Shown here in pieces: positions 58,182-64,000 of a DNA stretch of 64,000 nt. Positions within the stretch are counted from its first letter, which is position 1. The number at the start of each line of letters is the position of its first letter. Position numbers and translations under genes: made by a program. This DNA is from an uncultured Ignavibacteriales bacterium. Its GTDB lineage: Bacteria; Zixibacteria; MSB-5A5; GN15; FEB-12. A model generated the notes under the pieces. The model was given only the letters and a program-made list of their open reading frames with translations, was not told the origin of the DNA and ran no database searches. Location: the NCBI GenBank assembly GCA_964464605.1, contig CAYXJN010000005.1, positions 62,001 to 126,000 of the forward strand, given 5' to 3'.

Positions 58182-58985
58182 TTACTTACCGCTTTTCTCT
58201 TTTGTCGCCGTGCCGCTAAACTTGAGTAATTGGGATTCATTCCCTCTGCCGCGATTCCATTCTATTTTCGCATCGATACTATCTCCGAATACCCATCCAC
58301 GCCAGCGGCGTTCGGTGTTGTCCGGACCGGGAATGATAGACATAAAGTAAAGGGTGTCATACCGCGGGTTGACATGGTAGGTGTAGTCGGTAAACCCGAA
58401 TGCATCGCCGCTTTTCGAATGAAAACGGCCTGTAAAGAAACTGACTTCCTCTGTTTGTGTCGCCGTATCCCCCTCGACGCCGATTGTGCCGGAAAACTCC
58501 CGTCCGTCGAGCGGTTTGTTAAGTGGATCGAACGGTTTTTGTATCCAGCAGGATGACCAAACGATTACCGAATCCATGTTCGGCCGATACCAGACAGCGG
58601 TCGCCTGCAGGCTGTCATCGGTTACCGTTCCGACCCATTTCATCAAACCGGATTTTTGATTGACCGCTTCGGCAACAAATGCATACCCGGTTTCGACTTT
58701 GTTGGTAAAGTATTCGGCCTCCGTAAAACCGGCTGCACCTTCAAATGCGAATGATTTGAAACGGCCGCGTTGGAAGACAATTTTTTCCTCTTCACGCGTT
58801 TTGGGGTCTCCTACGATGCCGGTTGTACCAATGTATATCCGGCCGTCCAATGCGCCGGTGCCAATCGGCGGGAGGGTATCCGGTTCTTCGGTTTGGGCAT
58901 GCGTGGGAATAGCGAGCAATATGGTGCAGGCGGTCGTAACGAGAACCGCGATGGTGGCAGAGCTCAAGAGCGATTTTGCAGTCAT
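58182..58985 (-). CDS. Secreted hypothetical protein with two tandem homologous beta domains
   Basis: Signal peptide ending PTHA; LDGR..F..GRF.S...GFT...Y...W.G.V..DS....W.R occurs twice. Confidence 0.75.
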   Translation of the reverse strand: MTAKSLLSSATIAVLVTTACTILLAIPTHAQTEEPDTLPPIGTGALDGRIYIGTTGIVGDPKTREEEKIVFQRGRFKSFAFEGAAGFTEAEYFTNKVETGYAFVAEAVNQKSGLMKWVGTVTDDSLQATAVWYRPNMDSVIVWSSCWIQKPFDPLNKPLDGREFSGTIGVEGDTATQTEEVSFFTGRFHSKSGDAFGFTDYTYHVNPRYDTLYFMSIIPGPDNTERRWRGWVFGDSIDAKIEWNRGRGNESQLLKFSGTATKEKSGK

Positions 58986-59243
58986 TTTTTTCCTGTTTTG
59001 GTTTATTGCGGCAGCTTTTGTATGCAATTATACGGCAAACAAGCCAAGCTGAACTAAGCGATTTTCCGTTTTCCACAGGCAAAATCAGGATTTCTTACTT
59101 TTTTCTTGCCCCTCTCGGCCCGGAAGGATAAACTTCCTGCGGCTCTTTACGATAATTGACTGTACGTAAATGACTTGGCATTATGCCGTCAGAGCAGTCA
59201 CCAGCACTGATCAGGGAATGGTCGGAAGGTAAAAGGAATTACA

Positions 59244-60272
59244 TTGGGTCCCTTTGATTTTCTCTCAAGCGATATCGGTATAGACCTCGGCACCGCCAAC
59301 ACGCTTGTGTATGTACGTGGTCAGGGAATCGTGTTAAATGAACCGTCAGTCGTCGCAGTCGAAAAATCGACCGGCAAAGTGTTAGCGGTTGGTTCAGCCG
59401 CTAAAGAGATGACCGGCCGTACGCCGGGAGGAATCGCTGCGATTCGTCCGCTCAAAGACGGCGTTATTGCTGACTTTGAAATTTCCGAAAAGCTTATAGC
59501 GAATTTTATCCGACGCGTAATTAAGCATCGTTTTCTCATGAAACCGCGGGTGGTTATCTGCGTCCCATCCGGTATTACCGAAGTGGAAAAACGCGCGGTG
59601 CGCGACTCTGCCGAAAATGCCGGCGCGCGTGAAGTGTACCTCATTCAGGAGCCGATGGCTGCTGCAATCGGCGTCGGGCTTCCGGTCGATCAGCCTTCCG
59701 GCAGTATGATTATCGATATCGGCGGCGGTACCTCTGAAATCGCGGTTATCGCGCTGAGCGGCATCGTGAATGATACCTCTATCCGTGTCGCGGGGGACGA
59801 ACTGAACGAAGCGATTATCATGTATCTCAAAAAGAATTACAACCTGCTCATCGGTGAACTGACGGCAGAAGAAATCAAAATCAAAATCGGTTCCGCTTTC
59901 CCGCTTGAAAAGGAGTTAACGCTCGAAATCAAAGGGCGTGACCTGGTAGCAGGTGTACCGAAGAATCTGAAATTGTCATCCGTGCAGGTGCGGGAAGCGC
60001 TTTCGGAAACGCTCGATGTTATCATCGAAGCGGTTCGTCAGGCTTTGGAACGTACGCCGCCGGAACTGGCTGCTGATATTCTCGAACGTGGTATTATTCT
60101 CACCGGTGGCGGTGCGCTGTTGCGCGGACTCGACAAACGGCTGCGTCAGGAAACCAATCTTCCGGTGAATGTCGCCGAAGACCCGCTTACCTGCGTGGTG
60201 CGCGGTACCGGCCGGGTGTTAGATGACATACCGGCATATATGAAAGTTCTCGAAAAAAGCCGTCGCGATTAA
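59244..60272 (+). CDS. mreB: Rod shape-determining protein MreB
   Basis: [45 protein letters not shown] start with AAGGA. Confidence 0.97.
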   Translation: MGPFDFLSSDIGIDLGTANTLVYVRGQGIVLNEPSVVAVEKSTGKVLAVGSAAKEMTGRTPGGIAAIRPLKDGVIADFEISEKLIANFIRRVIKHRFLMKPRVVICVPSGITEVEKRAVRDSAENAGAREVYLIQEPMAAAIGVGLPVDQPSGSMIIDIGGGTSEIAVIALSGIVNDTSIRVAGDELNEAIIMYLKKNYNLLIGELTAEEIKIKIGSAFPLEKELTLEIKGRDLVAGVPKNLKLSSVQVREALSETLDVIIEAVRQALERTPPELAADILERGIILTGGGALLRGLDKRLRQETNLPVNVAEDPLTCVVRGTGRVLDDIPAYMKVLEKSRRD

Positions 60273-60284
60273 CGACGGCTTTTT
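60253..60284 (+). terminator. Intrinsic terminator overlapping the mreB stop codon
   Basis: AAAAAGCCGTCG-CGATTAA-CGACGGCTTTTT; the stop TAA lies in the loop. Confidence 0.8.
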
Positions 60285-60319
60285 CGTTTCCCCCTTTATT
60301 TATCAGCACGACCGTTTCA

Positions 60320-60348
60320 TTGACAATCTTCGGCTCTGCGGGTACCAT
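60320..60348 (+). promoter_or_regulatory. Sigma70 promoter of rnr, probably leaderless
   Basis: TTGACA-N17-TACCAT, then 6 nt, then ATG 60355; no SD. Confidence 0.7.
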
Positions 60349-60354
60349 AGCCTG

Positions 60355-62601
60355 ATGAAACTATCTGCCGCAGAACTCTACGCTGTCATTCGCGAAAAAT
60401 CGACTCACCCGATGAAAATGAAGGAGCTCGCCAAGCTTCTGGCGGTAAAAAGCGCCGAGTATCCCCGTTTTCGCAATGCAGTAAAAGAGCTCATCAATCA
60501 TGGTAAATTAGTGAAGCTCAATCGCGGGCAGATCGGGGTGGCGGAAGAGTTGTCGGTGGTGGTTGGAAAAATTTCCATTACCCGTTCCGGTGTCGGCTTT
60601 TTGATTCGAGAGGGAGGGGAAGATATTCTCATTCCCGAACATGCCTTGAGCACCGCGCTCGATAGTGACACGGTTATGGTGCGGATGGAAGGACATCGCA
60701 ACGGACGGATAACCGGATCGATTATCAGAATCATGGAGCGGGCGGCGCGATCGATTGTCGGTATTTATCATATCGGACGTAATTTTTCATTCGTCAAACC
60801 GGATAATCCTCGCATTCACCGGGATATTTATATACCCGAAATGGCATCGCTGAACGCTAAAGAAGGGGAAAAAGTTGTCGCTCGACTGACGGCATGGGAA
60901 GATCAGTACCAGCATCCGGAAGGGGAAATTGTCGAGCGGCTCGGCTTTCCCGGGGATCACACCGTCGATATGCTGTCGGTTTTGCGCGGCTATGGCCTGC
61001 CGGATGCATTCCCGTTAGCGGTATTACAGCAGGCGGATCAGGCGGCATCGACACTGCTTGATGAGGAGATCGCCCGACGGGTCGATTTGACCAACGAAGC
61101 TATTTATGCAATCGATCCGGAGGATGCCAAAGATCATGATGATGCTATTTCCGTTGTCCGCATCGATGGCGGCTACCGGCTTGGGGTGCATATTGCGGAT
61201 GTTTCTTTCTACGTACGAGAGGGAACGCTTTTGGATACCGAAGCATTTCAGCGCGCGACCTCGGTCTATTTACCCGGGATGGTAATTCCGATGCTCCCCG
61301 AGGTGCTTTCCAATGATGTCTGTTCCTTGCGCGCTGACACTGTCCGGCTGGCGCATTCGGCTATTATCGATTTTGATAAGCACGGAAAAATGCTGCGGTG
61401 GGAACGGCAGGATAGCGTTATCAAGTCGAAAGCGAAACTTACCTATGAAGAGGTTCAGCGATTTTTTGATACCGGTGAAATGTCGCATGGCGTCAAACGG
61501 GTGCATGAAAACCTGACGGTCGCACGAGAACTGGCACAAGTATTAACCGCGCGGCGGTTGCATGAGGGGTCTATTGACTTTGATTTGCCGGAAGTGAAAA
61601 TTGTACTCGACGAGCACGGTAAAACGATTGACCTGAAAAACCGGGAGCGGTTGGAGTCGCATCGGTTAGTCGAGGAATGTATGCTTGCGGCCAATAAGGC
61701 GATGGCGCTTGAAGTTTCAAAAAGAGGGCTTCCCATGTTGAATCGGGTGCATGACCGCCCGGATGCGGAAAAGCTTGAAGAGTTTTCAAAATTGGTCACA
61801 CGGCTCGGTTATACCTTTCCCGTTTCACCGGCAATGAAGCCGAGCCAGTTTACCCAGTTCTTAGAGCGAATCAAAACCGCTCCGGAAAAAGAGTTCATCA
61901 ACGAGCTGTTGCTGCGCTCAATGAAAAAAGCGGTCTATCAGCGGGAAAATATCGGGCATTTTGGATTAGCGTTTACCCATTATACGCATTTTACTTCGCC
62001 GATTCGCCGTTATCCCGATCTGTTTGTGCATCGTTTGCTTCGCAATATCAAACCGGGCGGCTATTCACCGACTCTTTCCAAAAATATTATCTCTGTCATC
62101 GATAAAGTCGGTGAGCATTGTTCTGAAATGGAGCGGATGGCCGAACAAGCCGAACGGGACGCTGTCAAGATCAAGCAGGTTGCGTATATGGAGCAGCATG
62201 TCGGCAATGAGTACGGCGGCCGTGTTTCCGGTGTTATGGCGTATGGTTTCTTTGTCCGGTTGGATAATTTGGGTGCTGAAGGGATGGTCAGGCTTTCGAC
62301 AATCGACGATGACTATTATCAATATGATGAGAAGGGGTATCGGATAGTTGGTGTGCATACCGGAAGAATTTTCCGGCTTGGGGATACGGTACGTGTGCAG
62401 GTTTTGCGCGTCGACAGAATGCGAAACGAAATCGACCTCCAGTTGGTACAAGATAAAGAGACCTCAAAGTCGCAGCGCACACGGACAACGGGGTCACGCA
62501 CAAAGGTACCGGCAAAAAAGCATGGAAAACCGATACCGGCACCGCGAGGGAGAAGAAACCGTCTAAAAGGGAAGCGCAAAGGAATGCCGAAGCGCAGATA
62601 A
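60355..62601 (+). CDS. rnr: Ribonuclease R
   Basis: IDPEDAKDHDDA, VHIADVS, TSVYLP, IPMLP, GHFGLA, YTHFTSPIRRYPDL, S1 domain, basic tail. Confidence 0.96.
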   Translation: MKLSAAELYAVIREKSTHPMKMKELAKLLAVKSAEYPRFRNAVKELINHGKLVKLNRGQIGVAEELSVVVGKISITRSGVGFLIREGGEDILIPEHALSTALDSDTVMVRMEGHRNGRITGSIIRIMERAARSIVGIYHIGRNFSFVKPDNPRIHRDIYIPEMASLNAKEGEKVVARLTAWEDQYQHPEGEIVERLGFPGDHTVDMLSVLRGYGLPDAFPLAVLQQADQAASTLLDEEIARRVDLTNEAIYAIDPEDAKDHDDAISVVRIDGGYRLGVHIADVSFYVREGTLLDTEAFQRATSVYLPGMVIPMLPEVLSNDVCSLRADTVRLAHSAIIDFDKHGKMLRWERQDSVIKSKAKLTYEEVQRFFDTGEMSHGVKRVHENLTVARELAQVLTARRLHEGSIDFDLPEVKIVLDEHGKTIDLKNRERLESHRLVEECMLAANKAMALEVSKRGLPMLNRVHDRPDAEKLEEFSKLVTRLGYTFPVSPAMKPSQFTQFLERIKTAPEKEFINELLLRSMKKAVYQRENIGHFGLAFTHYTHFTSPIRRYPDLFVHRLLRNIKPGGYSPTLSKNIISVIDKVGEHCSEMERMAEQAERDAVKIKQVAYMEQHVGNEYGGRVSGVMAYGFFVRLDNLGAEGMVRLSTIDDDYYQYDEKGYRIVGVHTGRIFRLGDTVRVQVLRVDRMRNEIDLQLVQDKETSKSQRTRTTGSRTKVPAKKHGKPIPAPRGRRNRLKGKRKGMPKRR

Positions 62602-62605
62602 TTGT

Positions 62606-64000
62606 ATGGTACAACGAATAATCATACTGCTGGCCGAAACTGCCACCGCATCCGAAAAGGATATCTGGAAATCGATCGGTTCCGTTACCACATCGCTGCC
62701 TGATGTATTGGGTATGGTCAAGGATCGTGTACTCGATTTACTGATTGTCGATGGGCGCCGAACCGATATCAACCGGACCACGGCAGGCAAAATTCGCCGA
62801 ACGAACGGACTCACCGAAATCTGGTTATACGCAAGTCATGAATTCACCGGCACGCATCCGGAGTTTTTCGACGGTGTTGTCGACAGTGATTTGCCGCAAT
62901 CGGAACTGGTGAAAAAGATAAAACAGATTTTAGCCGGAAAAGACCTGCTCAAGCAGTATGCGCTTGTAAGCCGATCCGCGAAAATGAAAGGGATCGCCGA
63001 AACAATCGAGCGTATCGCCCCGACCGATGTTCCGGTGTTAATCGTCGGACCATCCGGTTCAGGCAAAGAGCTCATTGCCCGGGCACTGCATAATGATTCA
63101 CCGCGCAAAGACCGGCCGTTTGTCGCTATCAATGTCGGCGCATTGGCTGAAGGGATTCTCGAATCGGAACTATTCGGTCATGAAAGAGGCGCCTTCACCG
63201 GTTCAGTCGGTAAACGGGAAGGTCTGTTTCATAAAGCGGAAGGGGGCAGCCTGTTTTTGGATGAAATAGGTGAGATGAAACCGGACATGCAGGTCAAACT
63301 GCTACGGGTGTTAGAAGATGGCACGTATTACCCGGTCGGGTCATCGACTCCGCAGCGATCCAATGTGCGGGTCATTTCCGCTACTAATCGTGATTTAACA
63401 GAAGCAATAGAGGAGCGTCAGTTTCGAGAAGACTTATATTTCCGTATCGGCGTGGTAAAAATTATTCTGCCGCCGCTGATGGAACGAAAAGAGGATATCC
63501 AGCCGTTGCTGAAATTTTTCTGGCGTTCACACCCAAAACTCGGTTATACCGATTCGGCATTAGAACGGCTCACCCAATACAGCTGGCCGGGGAATATCCG
63601 CCAGTTACGCAACTTTGCCGAACGGATGATTGCCTTTAAACCGGAAGGGTTGGTAGACAGCGAGGATGTGGAAGCATTTTTGGTGGAAGGGAGCCGACAG
63701 TCGCGGAATCTTCCGGTCTATACCGGAAAAAGCTCGGAAGAAGCAGGGCAGGAACTTATTTATCGGGCGATACTCTCGCTCGGCAACGAAGTTCGCCTGT
63801 TGCGCGATCTGATTACCGCGCATATTCCGGCTGATGCCGAAGCTGCCGGAACAGGTCCGGCGGGTGGTTCGGGTGGAAGTATGGAGCTTATGGAGCGGGA
63901 ACTGATTGAGCGCACCTTAAGCAGCGTACGCGGCAATCGCAAGGAAGCAGCCCGTCGCTTAGGGATTGGCGAAAGAACACTCTATCGAAAGATCAAAAAG
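62606..64000 (+). CDS. Sigma54-dependent Fis-family activator with degenerate receiver-like N-terminus, 3'-truncated (absent from ORF track)
   Basis: Manual translation: MVQRIIILLAE...DLLIVD...GPSGSGKELIARALH...ESELFGHERGAFTGS...FLDEIGEM...FREDLYFR...WPGNIRQL...GNRKEAARRLGIGERTLYRKIKK, running off the window. Confidence 0.92.
   Translation, partial: MVQRIIILLAETATASEKDIWKSIGSVTTSLPDVLGMVKDRVLDLLIVDGRRTDINRTTAGKIRRTNGLTEIWLYASHEFTGTHPEFFDGVVDSDLPQSELVKKIKQILAGKDLLKQYALVSRSAKMKGIAETIERIAPTDVPVLIVGPSGSGKELIARALHNDSPRKDRPFVAINVGALAEGILESELFGHERGAFTGSVGKREGLFHKAEGGSLFLDEIGEMKPDMQVKLLRVLEDGTYYPVGSSTPQRSNVRVISATNRDLTEAIEERQFREDLYFRIGVVKIILPPLMERKEDIQPLLKFFWRSHPKLGYTDSALERLTQYSWPGNIRQLRNFAERMIAFKPEGLVDSEDVEAFLVEGSRQSRNLPVYTGKSSEEAGQELIYRAILSLGNEVRLLRDLITAHIPADAEAAGTGPAGGSGGSMELMERELIERTLSSVRGNRKEAARRLGIGERTLYRKIKK

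Noticed and set aside
1..64000. CRISPR arrays, tRNA/rRNA genes, transposases, integrases, prophage genes
   Set aside because: None recognised; intergenic gaps are short and show no repeat-spacer periodicity or cloverleaf by eye.

Overview
Bacterial chromosomal window of roughly balanced GC with no rRNA, tRNA, CRISPR array or recognisable transposase/integrase. A Cys-flanked dockerin-like C-terminus and a YPNP/FlgD-type sorting tail suggest an FCB-related lineage such as candidate division Zixibacteria (inference). Housekeeping genes include a 5'-truncated PTS enzyme I, PGI/PMI, acyl-CoA dehydrogenase, crotonase, gyrA, DUF1015-serA-serC, prolyl oligopeptidase, mreB, rnr and a 3'-truncated sigma54 activator. 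There is also a 12-gene exopolysaccharide synthesis/tailoring cluster beside a giant secreted beta-helix/FN3 protein. Three loci stand out. (1) A bacterial microcompartment operon: BMC-H, BMC-P, an unannotated 45-aa membrane microprotein, a UPF0237 ACT protein with two encapsulation-peptide-like helices, and a UPF0210 PFL-like enzyme. (2) Directly upstream, a small secreted HPWGG protein coupled to a TPR-sigma54 activator, followed by candidate enhancer palindromes, a sigma54-type promoter and a ~95-nt structured, terminated RNA; this is a candidate peptide-signalling/sRNA circuit. (3) An AT-rich three-gene island (beta-class DNA methyltransferase, DGQHR/DndB-like protein, HEPN-like protein) that is a candidate anti-phage system. 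All family assignments come from motif recognition only; no database searches were run.
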